A program made the translations under genes and the position numbers. This document shows positions 9,211 through 18,432 of a stretch of 64,000 nucleotides of DNA, piece after piece. The stretch lies in the sequence record NC_014792.1; one strand, written 5' to 3'. The notes under the pieces are model-generated. The model worked only from the letters and a program-made list of their open reading frames with translations. It did no database searches and was not told where the DNA came from. How positions within the stretch are numbered: position 1 is the first letter of the stretch; each line of letters begins with the position of its first letter. The DNA comes from Escherichia phage vB_EcoM_VR7.

Positions 9211-10531
9211 AATATGCGTCGTACCTCGCTCGTGTGATTCCTACATAAGCCAACTGGCTCGCTAATGAAGCTTCAGCCATATGGATGCATGGAGTATAGA
9301 TGAATGCTTTGTTTACTGAAACCCCCTGTGCCTTGTGGATTGTACTGACTGGAAGAGCGCGAACTTTCAAGAAGGTCCGGCGTGCTTTCCAGAAGTCTTT
9401 CCACTCTGGACGTTTACCAGCAGCTTTCATCTGTTTGTATGTATCAGCAACTTTCGCCAGAAATGCCTGGAATTTTGGTTGCTGGTCTTCTGGTAAAACT
9501 TTGATACGGTCAACCTGATATTCTTCATCTTCATCAATTGACTCAACTTCCAGGTCCCAGTAATTAATTACCAACTGGTGCGATTCCCCTTTACAACGGA
9601 GAATGGTGGAAGTGTATTTGCAATCCTTGATACGAACCAACTGACCATTATTAAAAATGGTTTCGCTGAATTTCTTACCTTCAAATTCCAGCTCTTTCAT
9701 GTGTGGCTCTTGCATAACCAGGACTTCATACGGTAAAAATGCTTTATCCGTTTCATAGAGCTTGCGACGAATAATATTGTTCAGTTTTTCAACTGATTTA
9801 TTCGTGTACGCATACATCCTATTTTCCATCAACATATCAGCATCTTTTACATGACTGAAATAGTTTACCATGAAATCCTTTAAAGCGGTTTGTGAGGTGA
9901 AACCTTGTACACCATGACCTTCATACATGCAATCACGGAACCAACCACCGTTACGAATTTCTGTCGCCACTTCAATGATAGGAGCATTGCTTCGCATGAC
10001 CTCAGTCAGATGAATCTGTTTGAACTTAGGATGCGTAAAGAATGGACTTATCTTTTGCTGTGTGCTTCCCGGGTCAACTGGCTGCAGCTGGTGCATATCA
10101 CCAATCCCAAGAATAGTACACCATTCAGGAACAGAATTGCAAATAATCTTAAACAGGGGCCCGTCATACATACTTGCTTCATCACAAATCAGAACATTAC
10201 ATTTTGACATATCAGGCATTTCGCGCTGTTCAAAAATGTTTTGGTCTTCATATGTGGTCGGGTTAATCTTCAGGATGCTATGGATTGTATTCGCTGTTTG
10301 ACCAGACAATTTGGATAAAACCTTTTTTGCCTGGTGAGTTGGTGCAGCAAGCACAATTCCCAAAACTCCATTACGCACCAGGTGGTCAATGACAAATTTT
10401 GTCAGAGTAGTCTTACCTGTGCCAGCTGGACCATTCAGAGTGATACATTCCCCTGAACGTCGCTGAATAGCTTCAGTGATATAATCAAAAGCTTCTTTTT
10501 GTCCTGTGTTCAAGTCTTCAAATTTAATCAT
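9203..10531 (-). CDS. dda: Dda DNA helicase (SF1)
   Basis: 442 aa; Walker A GPAGTGKTT; length and position match T4 Dda. Confidence 0.9.
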   Translation of the reverse strand: MIKFEDLNTGQKEAFDYITEAIQRRSGECITLNGPAGTGKTTLTKFVIDHLVRNGVLGIVLAAPTHQAKKVLSKLSGQTANTIHSILKINPTTYEDQNIFEQREMPDMSKCNVLICDEASMYDGPLFKIICNSVPEWCTILGIGDMHQLQPVDPGSTQQKISPFFTHPKFKQIHLTEVMRSNAPIIEVATEIRNGGWFRDCMYEGHGVQGFTSQTALKDFMVNYFSHVKDADMLMENRMYAYTNKSVEKLNNIIRRKLYETDKAFLPYEVLVMQEPHMKELEFEGKKFSETIFNNGQLVRIKDCKYTSTILRCKGESHQLVINYWDLEVESIDEDEEYQVDRIKVLPEDQQPKFQAFLAKVADTYKQMKAAGKRPEWKDFWKARRTFLKVRALPVSTIHKAQGVSVNKAFIYTPCIHMAEASLASQLAYVGITRARYDAYYV

Positions 10532-10827
10532 GCCAATTTTACTCGCTTAACATATAAAGTATCTAAAACTAATTTCAATTCTCGTGCGTGTTCTTCAGTA
10601 GGAAAAACAGTTTTTGTTTCACGCTTATCAAACCACCACTTCCTGGGAATATACCGTGTTTCAATACGTCCCATGCGTAAATAGCGGTTTGTAGTATATG
10701 AATAGTTGGCAAGTTCATAATCTGCGCCAGCTTTTGTGGTGTATAAGGTAACCTTTCCATCATACTCCAATGGGTGTTCAAAACCATCTTTATCTTTGTG
10801 GACCAGCACATATGCGTAGTACATCAC
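10528..10827 (-). CDS. hypothetical protein (dda.1 position)
   Basis: 99 aa ORF coupled to dda. Confidence 0.5.
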   Translation of the reverse strand: MMYYAYVLVHKDKDGFEHPLEYDGKVTLYTTKAGADYELANYSYTTNRYLRMGRIETRYIPRKWWFDKRETKTVFPTEEHARELKLVLDTLYVKRVKLA

Positions 10828-10828
10828 A

Positions 10829-11575
10829 TTAACCTCTAATCAGTTTAAAAATTGACGCGTTCAAAGGTAGACCACGTTTCAGTTTTAATTTACCAATAAA
10901 ACCAATCTTCTCAAAACGCTCAAGACCTTGAATGATTTTATCATAGCAATCAAAAAGCGTTTCAGCATTAGTTAATTTCTTGGTAACTTTCCAGTCATTA
11001 CCCTTGAGCAGGACATTCAATTTAGTAAGCTCATGGCCTTCTGCAATACGGGACCCATCAATGCGAGCCTTCAGAGCAACCATTTTTAATTGGTTTTCTT
11101 TTGACTGCTCTGATTTACTCATTTGGGCATAATGCTTAACGCGATTCTCACGTTTGTGCTGGATGTTCTTTATATGGTTGTATGACTTTTTAATCTGTTC
11201 CCATTTCTCTGAAGTCAGATTTAACTTTTCAATCTTCTTGGCAGATGGGCGAGCAATTTTTACAGCAACATCATCACGACGTTGTTTAAGCTCATCCAGG
11301 GACCAATCAGAACGCATGGTATTGTATTTCTTTTTAACAGGAATAACATTACCCTTGATATAACCAATATCATTGTTAAAACGTTCTAATGATAACTTCT
11401 CGTCTTCAATAGAGTTATTAAATGCTTCACCAGAATAAGCACAAACTTTTTGGTCAAGAATGTTAACCAAGTAATTGAAATCCAGGTTAAAGTCCTTACC
11501 ACGGCGTTTAGCAGAAGCTTGAGTGTGTTCCAGACGACGTTTAACTTTCAGCGTTTTGGTTTTTGATAAAGTCAT
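10829..11575 (-). CDS. hypothetical basic protein, possible His-Me finger nuclease-like motif (srd position)
   Basis: 248 aa; CAYSGEAF...LSLERFNNDIGYIKGNVIP resembles a DRID-GY-N-V nuclease motif; Lys-rich C-terminal half. Confidence 0.4.
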   Translation of the reverse strand: MTLSKTKTLKVKRRLEHTQASAKRRGKDFNLDFNYLVNILDQKVCAYSGEAFNNSIEDEKLSLERFNNDIGYIKGNVIPVKKKYNTMRSDWSLDELKQRRDDVAVKIARPSAKKIEKLNLTSEKWEQIKKSYNHIKNIQHKRENRVKHYAQMSKSEQSKENQLKMVALKARIDGSRIAEGHELTKLNVLLKGNDWKVTKKLTNAETLFDCYDKIIQGLERFEKIGFIGKLKLKRGLPLNASIFKLIRG

Positions 11576-11622
11576 GATATTTTTCTCATCTTACGGACGA
11601 TTAAATAACTCAGTATGGAATC

Positions 11623-11650
11623 ATTATACACTATTCATCTTTTATGTACA
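11623..11650 (-). promoter_or_regulatory. early promoter cassette (GATTCCATACTGAGTTA leader class)
   Basis: GTGTACATAAAAGATGAATAGTGTATAATGATTCCATACTGAGTTA. Confidence 0.5.
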
Positions 11651-11710
11651 CTACTTTTTCGCCTTTAACGCTTTTATTTTTACCGTGTATAATGGTTCTA
11701 AGGTCTTTGG

Positions 11711-12325
11711 TTAATTCAAAACAGTTAAATGCCAAACAGTATACAGGTTATTCAATGGGTGTGTCTCAATTAAATCTACGCGAAGCGTAGTCCCAGCGGG
11801 AAACATAAACTCATCCTCATCATTAACCAGGTGTAAGTTTGACTTCCTGGTTGCTTCTGGATATGCACCATTGAACTCTTCAGGAGGAGCACCGCAAATC
11901 ATTTTAAAGATTGCTTCCTGATAGTTATACGCATAAGGTGCATTGTTTATGCAGAAAATATTCCTTGTACCATAGAAGCTATATGATGCGAAATTTCTTG
12001 CAACCTGCCAGTCCCTGGAAAAACTCATCACACGATTAAACTCAATTGTTGCACCAACATATCTTAAATCTTCCAGGTGTTCCATGGTTTTCTTTGATAT
12101 ACCACGGAACAATGCCGCATGCGGTTCAGTGTTCAGATTGTTGCGGATAATCCTGGTTAAGTCTTCTTGAATCAGGTCGGGTTTATTTTCCATACACTGC
12201 CAGAGTACTGATTGCTCATTATCTGTATAAAGGGCATCAATCTCTGCTTGACATTGGTCACGAAAAGACTCGCTAGAAGCGGCAGTGTCAATAATTCCAT
12301 TCAAAACGTCATCAGTGTACAGCAT
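11711..12325 (-). CDS. ADP-ribosyltransferase, ModA/ModB-like
   Basis: R-S-E signature: LFRG, MSFSRDW, EDEFMFP; start moved to MLYTDD after conserved leader. Confidence 0.7.
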   Translation of the reverse strand: MLYTDDVLNGIIDTAASSESFRDQCQAEIDALYTDNEQSVLWQCMENKPDLIQEDLTRIIRNNLNTEPHAALFRGISKKTMEHLEDLRYVGATIEFNRVMSFSRDWQVARNFASYSFYGTRNIFCINNAPYAYNYQEAIFKMICGAPPEEFNGAYPEATRKSNLHLVNDEDEFMFPAGTTLRVDLIETHPLNNLYTVWHLTVLN

Positions 12326-12356
12326 TTTATTATCCTCATCAGTAGTTGATAGGAAC

Positions 12357-12385
12357 ATCTTAACGTGTCTTATTGTTCTTGTACA
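12357..12385 (-). promoter_or_regulatory. early promoter cassette
   Basis: TGTACA-N17-TAAGAT then TATCAACTACTGATGAGGATAATAAAATG. Confidence 0.5.
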
Positions 12386-12930
12386 CAGTCAAGAACATAA
12401 TAATCACCAACAAATCCAGCATCAACTATCACGAATTTCTGGTCAACTGGAACAAACCATTCAAGCTCAGAATCAATCATGTCCATATATTCTTCACGCC
12501 TTAATGTAGCTTCCTGTTTGGAACCAGATGCAGTATTGAAGAATTTCAGTGGAACATCAAGCGCGAGCTTACGCATCGCATCATGATAACAAAAAGCCTC
12601 GGTCTGATTTAATCTGACAATAGTCCTTGTCACATATTCCATTGCAGCAAAATCCCTGGCAATGCCATAGTCTTCTGTAAAGGAAGTTATTCTTCCAAAT
12701 TCAAAAGGTTGCATTGATTCTTTTGCTTCATCTAACAAATCAATCTCTTGCTGGGTAACCCCGCGATACAAGACTGTATCAGGTACAGATAGCCTTGACT
12801 TGATGATTGAGTTGACGTTTGAATGCAAGGTTTTGTCAACCTTTGATGTGCGACATTCAAACAATGAAGCTATCTCCATTTCACTAAATTTTAACTGGTT
12901 GGGTTCGGTATCAGATTTGATGATGTTCAT
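12370..12930 (-). CDS. ADP-ribosyltransferase, ModA/ModB-like paralog
   Basis: 186 aa; LYRG, ITSFTEDYGIARDFA, acidic EEYMDMIDSELEW; tandem with the previous ART. Confidence 0.6.
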   Translation of the reverse strand: MNIIKSDTEPNQLKFSEMEIASLFECRTSKVDKTLHSNVNSIIKSRLSVPDTVLYRGVTQQEIDLLDEAKESMQPFEFGRITSFTEDYGIARDFAAMEYVTRTIVRLNQTEAFCYHDAMRKLALDVPLKFFNTASGSKQEATLRREEYMDMIDSELEWFVPVDQKFVIVDAGFVGDYYVLDCVQEQ

Positions 12931-12986
12931 AATGACCTCTCTGTTGTAAGAAAGGCCATTATGTCATTAGGAGGAGAGTAAGTAAA

Positions 12987-13220
12987 CTACTTAAATACTC
13001 CAAGTGGGACGCCGAAGATAGCGATGTCTGCGGCCATGCCAATTGGGGATTGGCATGATGAGTAAGAACTTTTCGATTCTGCCGGGCGTTTGGCTTTAAT
13101 TGTCTCGGATTCAATCTTAAGCCTTTGCACACGATTAATTTTTTGTTGCTCGATTTCCTTATGGGCGTGTTTACGGTCAATATCCTGCGCCGATGTGGGG
13201 ATATTTGTTAACCAGTTCAT
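12987..13220 (-). CDS. hypothetical protein
   Basis: start moved to MNWLTNI, overlapping upstream stop. Confidence 0.4.
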   Translation of the reverse strand: MNWLTNIPTSAQDIDRKHAHKEIEQQKINRVQRLKIESETIKAKRPAESKSSYSSCQSPIGMAADIAIFGVPLGVFK

Positions 13221-13396
13221 AATTTCACCCATGGTGCCCACGGCGGTGGGTCGTCGTAATATGAGGCCAGGTCGCGTAGAACTTCCACTGGGAGACTAAA
13301 ACCGTGCTTCTGTATAATCGCATCAAGTTCGTCAACTAGGTCCACACGGGCTTCTGTGTGAGCTTTAGGCTCTTCAAAAAGTTCAAATAAATCCAT
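13219..13396 (-). CDS. small hypothetical acidic protein
   Basis: about 58 aa ([13 protein letters not shown]...), ATG overlaps stop of upstream gene; approximate. Confidence 0.3.
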
Positions 13397-13884
13397 TAGT
13401 AGCCACCGATAGGACCGTAACCATACATACGAGCACGTACCTTAGTATCATGCAGGGCATCTTCTGTTAAAGTAAAGCGCAGCCCAATATCAAAGTGTTC
13501 CCAAATCTGACGTTCGACTTCAGTAAGGTCTTCGGTAGTGGAAATCAGATAAGTGCGACCTCGAAGACGCTCATTGGAATTCTTGTCAGTATCTTTATAG
13601 AAAATATCTGCGGTTCCTTCGGCGTAAGGGTCCGGATGGCGATAACCTTTGATATGTAGGGCTTCAGACACGCTAAAAGGACAACCTTCGACAACATCAA
13701 CGTTTTTTCTATGAAATACCTTCATCATGATGTTTTCGGGCAACTTAATATCTTTTAATCTTGTTTCCAACTCAGTAACCGAATTCGTGCCATTATAAAC
13801 CATGATAAGACAAGCTGTTGCATCGTAAGGTCGTGTTTGCCCGGCAGAATCACGGACATAGAATTCTAATTCATATACTTTCAT
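13396..13884 (-). CDS. hypothetical protein (mrh region)
   Basis: 162 aa ORF between the mod genes and soc. Confidence 0.5.
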   Translation of the reverse strand: MKVYELEFYVRDSAGQTRPYDATACLIMVYNGTNSVTELETRLKDIKLPENIMMKVFHRKNVDVVEGCPFSVSEALHIKGYRHPDPYAEGTADIFYKDTDKNSNERLRGRTYLISTTEDLTEVERQIWEHFDIGLRFTLTEDALHDTKVRARMYGYGPIGGY

Positions 13885-14031
13885 AATGTTTTCCTCTTAC
13901 CGACTAATGGACCATCAGGAACTTTATTTTCCTTGATGTACTTTTCGTTTTCTTCCATCATTTTACTACCAATTTTCAAAAGCAAATCCAGTGCTTCTTT
14001 TGCCCGGCTTTCGGCATCTTCTTGAGTCATG
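13882..14031 (-). CDS. small hypothetical protein
   Basis: about 49 aa; approximate. Confidence 0.3.
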
Positions 14032-14221
14032 ATTTATCTCCATAGATATCACGCATCAGTTTAAGCGATGCACGTTCGGTCTTCTTTTCCTGCATGTCTT
14101 TAAGCCCGTTAGCAGCCCATTCTTCGGCTTCGCGCTGCATTTCTTCTTCGGCCCGGGCTACCCAGGAATCATCAATTCCTGGAGTAACTAACCAATCTTT
14201 AAGCCAACTTGTAATTCTCAT
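14027..14221 (-). CDS. hypothetical protein, N-terminal paralog of 14222..14560
   Basis: 64 aa; N-terminus [15 protein letters not shown] resembles MISWLKNLFKTKPG. Confidence 0.45.
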   Translation of the reverse strand: MRITSWLKDWLVTPGIDDSWVARAEEEMQREAEEWAANGLKDMQEKKTERASLKLMRDIYGDKS

Positions 14222-14560
14222 TTAATCACACGAGCTGGAAGACGAATCGCAGCTTCCTGAATCATAGGATGAATAAGATGAATCACCAGTCCACGAACTA
14301 ACCGCGGCCGCAGTCACCACAATCGAAGTAGTATCGATATGACTTGTACGGCGAGCATCCAGATGTTCTTTTAACTTTTTAGAATTCAACGGCAATGCAC
14401 CTACGCCAACATTACCAGCTTTTTCTGGTTGACGAATAACTTCTTCCATCATACCATCACCCATGTAAACATATTCTCTTAGTTTTACATCCGATGGCGC
14501 GATAGGAACTACACCTTCACCTGGTTTAGTCTTGAATAAATTCTTGAGCCAACTAATCAT
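14222..14560 (-). CDS. hypothetical protein with Ser/Cys-rich C-terminal tail
   Basis: 112 aa; ends SSYSSYDSGSCDSSSSSCD. Confidence 0.5.
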   Translation of the reverse strand: MISWLKNLFKTKPGEGVVPIAPSDVKLREYVYMGDGMMEEVIRQPEKAGNVGVGALPLNSKKLKEHLDARRTSHIDTTSIVVTAAAVSSWTGDSSYSSYDSGSCDSSSSSCD

Positions 14561-14754
14561 AGGAAACCTCGTTTAAATTCAACTTTACCATCATCACAAC
14601 GGATTTCAATATTGAATTCTAAAGAATCATCATCGTGCATCATGAATGAATGTACGATAACCTCATCAAACACACCCAGGCCATACTTAAAATGGACATC
14701 ATGAGCAATAATTTCATCTAAAGCTTTGTTTGGTTTAATCCAACGGTTTAACAT
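14557..14754 (-). CDS. hypothetical protein
   Basis: 65 aa coupled ORF. Confidence 0.45.
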   Translation of the reverse strand: MLNRWIKPNKALDEIIAHDVHFKYGLGVFDEVIVHSFMMHDDDSLEFNIEIRCDDGKVEFKRGFL

Positions 14755-14799
14755 AGTATTCTCCTCTGTAATTGAAATAATTATACCATCTCTATTAAA

Positions 14800-14830
14800 A
14801 GCAAAAAAGGGAACCCGAAGGTTCCCTTTA
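14800..14830 (-). terminator. UUCG-tetraloop terminator downstream of soc
   Basis: gggaacc-cgaa-ggttccc with flanking A/T runs. Confidence 0.65.
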
Positions 14831-14831
14831 A

Positions 14832-15065
14832 TTAAACAATATCAGTCGGCGTAAACATTGCCTCGTTTTTGGTCTTCCAGTCGGCAGCATCAGTGACCAC
14901 AGTTGAGTAGGCCGCTACCGCCGAAGGGAAAGTCTGATAATGAGCATTAGCAATACGATGCGCATCAGAATAGATTTCAAACGGAACCGAAACCTCAGTA
15001 CCTTTAACTTCTTTACCTACACCAGCTGCATGCGTAAAGGTTTTGATATTAACGAAACCACCCAT
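14832..15065 (-). CDS. soc: small outer capsid protein
   Basis: 77 aa; GFVNIKTF...HYQTFPS...AAYSTV recalled from T4 Soc; late promoter upstream. Confidence 0.85.
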   Translation of the reverse strand: MGGFVNIKTFTHAAGVGKEVKGTEVSVPFEIYSDAHRIANAHYQTFPSAVAAYSTVVTDAADWKTKNEAMFTPTDIV

Positions 15066-15095
15066 AATAACTCCTTTGTTGTTTAATTACAGGTG

Positions 15096-15103
15096 TATTT
15101 ATA
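15096..15103 (-). promoter_or_regulatory. late promoter TATAAATA for soc
   Basis: exact TATAAATA about 30 nt upstream of soc ATG, AAAGGAG RBS between. Confidence 0.6.
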
Positions 15104-15129
15104 TCGGTTTTTATTTGTCTTTAAACAAT

Positions 15130-15816
15130 TTAAATGCCTCTAAATTCATATATTAAAAGTTTAAGTGCACTAGGGGTTGTTTCGTATTTCCCTTTAAGTG
15201 CTTTAACCACGGCAGTTGCCCCACCGGGTTTACCTAATGAAAGCCAAATCTGATAGATTTCACTTTTCAACGGTTCATGCCAATGGGCAGCGGTTCTTTG
15301 AGCTTTAGATGTGGCTTCTGATACGATTTTATTTCCACCATTTGCGTAAAACTCATTCATTGCTTCTGATTGTCTGGATTTGCGTTCAGGCCTATTTTGA
15401 GCGGTGCTTTGAGCTTCCTTCATTTTGGCTTTGGTTTTTGGTTTGTTTAAACGCAATGTTTGGGCCAACTTCATTTCGTCCGTCCATTCGTATCCTTCAC
15501 CACCCTGTCCACCGGGTAAAATATTAATACAATTTGAACCATGTTTAGAATTTAATAATGATATTATATATCTTTCATGTTCAAACATCATTTCCCGATT
15601 CTGGTGACCTACAAACCAACGAATTTTATATTTGACCCCATATTTTTTATAGATATTCCAAAGTATTTTTCCAGAGCCAGGATATCGGTCTTTATTTGGG
15701 TCTAATACATTGGTCTCATGTTTACCACCATACCAAAAAACGCCTTTCGGCGTTTTAACTTTAATTATATAAGTTCTATAAAATTTTGCCTTAATAGCCA
15801 TGGTCCTGGCGCTCAA
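15130..15816 (-). CDS. putative GIY-YIG homing endonuclease (segF position)
   Basis: 228 aa; YIIKV...FWYGGKHE, EHERYII, NILPGGQGG; basic C-terminal DNA-binding-like region. Confidence 0.5.
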   Translation of the reverse strand: MSARTMAIKAKFYRTYIIKVKTPKGVFWYGGKHETNVLDPNKDRYPGSGKILWNIYKKYGVKYKIRWFVGHQNREMMFEHERYIISLLNSKHGSNCINILPGGQGGEGYEWTDEMKLAQTLRLNKPKTKAKMKEAQSTAQNRPERKSRQSEAMNEFYANGGNKIVSEATSKAQRTAAHWHEPLKSEIYQIWLSLGKPGGATAVVKALKGKYETTPSALKLLIYEFRGI

Positions 15817-16309
15817 AGTTGGCTTTATTTTTGAGATAATAAAGCTTGAATATTTGTTGTGCTGAGCATATTAAGACCAATAGCATATTGAATACAAGAA
15901 AGTGCATAATGTCAATTAGTTCAAATTTAATTTCAAGCTGGTCTTCAGGAGACATTTCTGAAATTGGTTTAGATTGAGCTTCGGTATAACGAGCTTTCCA
16001 TTTTTTCCACACAGCAGACGCGTCTTTCTCACCTTTAGACATTTCACCGAGAGAGGTCAGAAGCTCACGGAATTCGTCATCAATACAATCTTTTTGTTCG
16101 CGCATCCAGGCAACAACATCACCCGCGGTGGACAGTTTATCTGGATGATAGCAATATTCTCGGTCATTAGCCAGACGAACCTGCAATGATTTCTGCATAT
16201 CAAGCATAATCTGCAGCGGGTCATTACTAAAAGCAATAGCTTTAGTATAAGCTTCTTCGGCTTTGTCAACACCAGCAATCAGTTGTGAACATTCATTAAA
16301 ATGTGCCAT
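15791..16309 (-). CDS. 56: dCTP/dUTP pyrophosphatase (MazG-like)
   Basis: 172 aa; MAHFNEC N-terminus and EFRELLTSLGEMS...KWKARY match recalled T4 gp56. Confidence 0.85.
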   Translation of the reverse strand: MAHFNECSQLIAGVDKAEEAYTKAIAFSNDPLQIMLDMQKSLQVRLANDREYCYHPDKLSTAGDVVAWMREQKDCIDDEFRELLTSLGEMSKGEKDASAVWKKWKARYTEAQSKPISEMSPEDQLEIKFELIDIMHFLVFNMLLVLICSAQQIFKLYYLKNKANFERQDHGY

Positions 16310-16391
16310 TATTTTTCCTTATCAATTCATGTTGTTTGTATGTTAATTATATCATATTGAGTTGAAGCATAAATAAAAGAAAGGAGGATGT

Positions 16392-16589
16392 ATGCTAAAA
16401 CTATCTAGTCTAATTCAAGCCATTAAAGGCAGTCGTAAGCGAACGATTTTGGCCCTTTCGATACTCTGTTCAGTTCTTTTATGGAACTTCATTGTCGCCC
16501 CTATTGCATTGGCACATGGTCTTGTGCTTCCAGTCGTTGCCTTCGAATCAGTTGTAGATGTTTCACTGGCATTAATCGGCCTTATATAG
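16392..16589 (+). CDS. small membrane protein (plus strand)
   Basis: 65 aa; strong RBS AAAGGAGGATGTATG; hydrophobic segments. Confidence 0.5.
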   Translation: MLKLSSLIQAIKGSRKRTILALSILCSVLLWNFIVAPIALAHGLVLPVVAFESVVDVSLALIGLI

Positions 16590-16597
16590 GTGGAACT

Positions 16598-16867
16598 ATG
16601 GGAACATTATTCTATCAGATATGGAAATTAACCAGTAAGAAAGACAAGAAGCTTATCATGGGATTTTTAGCTCTTGATATTTTCCTGTGGAACTTACTGG
16701 TTGTACCTATCGCCGCAACACAAGGGGTACACTTACCCCAGGTCACAATGGGGCATATCCATTCCATCATCGGTTTACTTTACCGGAATCCCTTCCTAAA
16801 CTTTTGCGTACTTCGAAAGTCGCATTCTTGCCATCAACCCTTTGGGCACGTTATCAGCCATATATGA
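16598..16867 (+). CDS. small membrane protein, paralog of 16392..16589
   Basis: LALDIFLWNLLVVPIAATQG resembles LALSILCSVLLWNFIVAPIALAHG; 3' end converges on primase; end uncertain. Confidence 0.4.
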   Translation: MGTLFYQIWKLTSKKDKKLIMGFLALDIFLWNLLVVPIAATQGVHLPQVTMGHIHSIIGLLYRNPFLNFCVLRKSHSCHQPFGHVISHI

Positions 16868-17824
16868 TTCGATTTGTTCAGGGGTTGCCCCTTCTGATTT
16901 AACCATCTCATTTATGTCTTTTGTATGCCATGGCGCATTATCCCAGAACATAACGGCTTCACCAGCTTCAACGAGTTTCTTCATACGTTTAATCGTATCA
17001 GGATGTCTTGGCTCGTTGTCCATTACCCATACTCTGGTTTCAGCATAAGGAACCGCTTCCAATGACAATGTACCGCCGGTTATCGCAATGCTGTTAGGGA
17101 TAAACAAACTATCAATCGGACCTTCCATTACCCACACGCGCTTACGCTCATCAATCTTGTCTACCCCGTAGACTTTGGAAGCTTCTGGGTGGGCTTTGAT
17201 GGTGATATATTTTTGTGGTGCATCTTTGCGAAGAGCTCGTCCTTGGAAAGATTCGATTTCTTTTTTGCCGTTGAAGATAGGAATAACCAAGCGTGGTTCA
17301 TTCGTTTCATTCTTATACGTCCCAGGATTAACGGAGTTAACTAATGCAGGCCATTTGTTTGTAAACCATAGCCGGTCCCAAACACCAGCCGGAATACACC
17401 GACTTTTTACATACTTAACTATCGGATGCGCTTCTGGTAAAGTATCGAGTCTTTCACAAAAAGCAAGCTGCTCGATAACCGGAGTTTTTTCTGGCTCTTT
17501 CGGAGTTTCTGTGACTTCAGTACGTTGTCGACCAAAGGCATTCTCCTTGTACTTCTCGACCATATATTCCCGGTGTAAATCTGGCTCAAACTCTTTTATG
17601 TATTTGCTTATATGTGTGGAGTAGTCACAGTTAAAACATTTCACATAAACCGCGCCATCCGCTGGATTGGTATACGCCCAGAATCGAGCCTTATGTGAAT
17701 CCTTTTGGGAGTCCCCGCAAACTTTACATCTACAGTTTGCCTTAAATGTGCTCCCGGTGACTTCTCTATAACGTGGTTGATACGATAAAGCTCTGACCGC
17801 AAATTCTTTATCAATATATGACAT
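16796..17824 (-). CDS. 61: DNA primase
   Basis: 342 aa; zinc ribbon CRCKVCGDS...CFNCDYSTH; TOPRIM-like EGPIDSLF. Confidence 0.9.
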   Translation of the reverse strand: MSYIDKEFAVRALSYQPRYREVTGSTFKANCRCKVCGDSQKDSHKARFWAYTNPADGAVYVKCFNCDYSTHISKYIKEFEPDLHREYMVEKYKENAFGRQRTEVTETPKEPEKTPVIEQLAFCERLDTLPEAHPIVKYVKSRCIPAGVWDRLWFTNKWPALVNSVNPGTYKNETNEPRLVIPIFNGKKEIESFQGRALRKDAPQKYITIKAHPEASKVYGVDKIDERKRVWVMEGPIDSLFIPNSIAITGGTLSLEAVPYAETRVWVMDNEPRHPDTIKRMKKLVEAGEAVMFWDNAPWHTKDINEMVKSEGATPEQIESYMADNVPKGLMARMRLSKYAKV

Positions 17825-17856
17825 AGTTTCCTCATTTCAATGGCCCCGGAGGACCA

Positions 17857-18024
17857 TTATACTGTAGGTTTATCGTCTTTGTTCTTACGCTTTTTTGATG
17901 GGATTTGTTCAGGGCCTTTATTGACAACTGCCCCGGAAGTGGTACCTGTTGCGATATTAGTTGGGTTTCCGCCAGCATCACCAGCAACCATATCTTCATT
18001 GATAAAATCTTTGAATGTTTTCAT
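17857..18024 (-). CDS. small protein with capsid-targeting-like N-terminus
   Basis: about 55 aa, MKTFKDFINED... resembles the MKTYQEFITE capsid targeting sequence; TATAAATA upstream; approximate. Confidence 0.4.
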   Translation of the reverse strand: MKTFKDFINEDMVAGDAGGNPTNIATGTTSGAVVNKGPEQIPSKKRKNKDDKPTV

Positions 18025-18040
18025 AACACCCCCTTTCCGC

Positions 18041-18048
18041 TATTTATA
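18041..18048 (-). promoter_or_regulatory. late promoter TATAAATA
   Basis: TGTATAAATAGCGGAAAGGGGGTGTTATG on minus strand. Confidence 0.5.
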
Positions 18049-18235
18049 CAACGAAGATGGCTTTATCACCATTTGCATCAGTCACTTCATAAGTGTCTTC
18101 ATGATACAACGGAATAATCCAGGTAACACCATCATCAGCAATAACATGGATTGCTTCTTGGTCTTGCGACACGATTTCATATTCTTCAAAAATCTCGAAT
18201 ACGGAAATCTTAGAGCCCGTACACATTGCACTCAT
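18044..18235 (-). CDS. hypothetical protein
   Basis: 63 aa acidic ORF. Confidence 0.4.
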   Translation of the reverse strand: MSAMCTGSKISVFEIFEEYEIVSQDQEAIHVIADDGVTWIIPLYHEDTYEVTDANGDKAIFVV

Positions 18236-18431
18236 ATTGTTCCCTTCTTTTAATCAGTTGGCGATGTGCCTTTTTAAGCTTACGAATCTGACGTTTGGTT
18301 GGTCGTGCAACGTAAGCTTGTGTAGTTACTCGTCCGAAAACTCCATACTTGGGAGACGGAGTATCAATGAAGACTTCCCATTGACAAGAGTAGCTATATG
18401 TTGCTTTAGAAAATTGAGTTAAAACAAACAT
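18210..18431 (-). CDS. small basic protein, RPTKRQIR-motif family
   Basis: 73 aa; ARPTKRQIRKLKKAHRQ shared with 19587..19883 and 40041..40217. Confidence 0.5.
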   Translation of the reverse strand: MFVLTQFSKATYSYSCQWEVFIDTPSPKYGVFGRVTTQAYVARPTKRQIRKLKKAHRQLIKRREQYECNVYGL

Positions 18432-18432
18432 A

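Noticed and set aside
10829-11575. Calling this ORF Srd (sigma-decoy)
   Set aside because: Only position and size fit; I do not recall the Srd sequence well enough and the ORF has a nuclease-like motif, so it is left as hypothetical.
15130-15816. Calling this ORF SegF by name
   Set aside because: GIY-YIG-like motifs and the position fit, but I cannot verify orthology without alignment, so it is reported generically.
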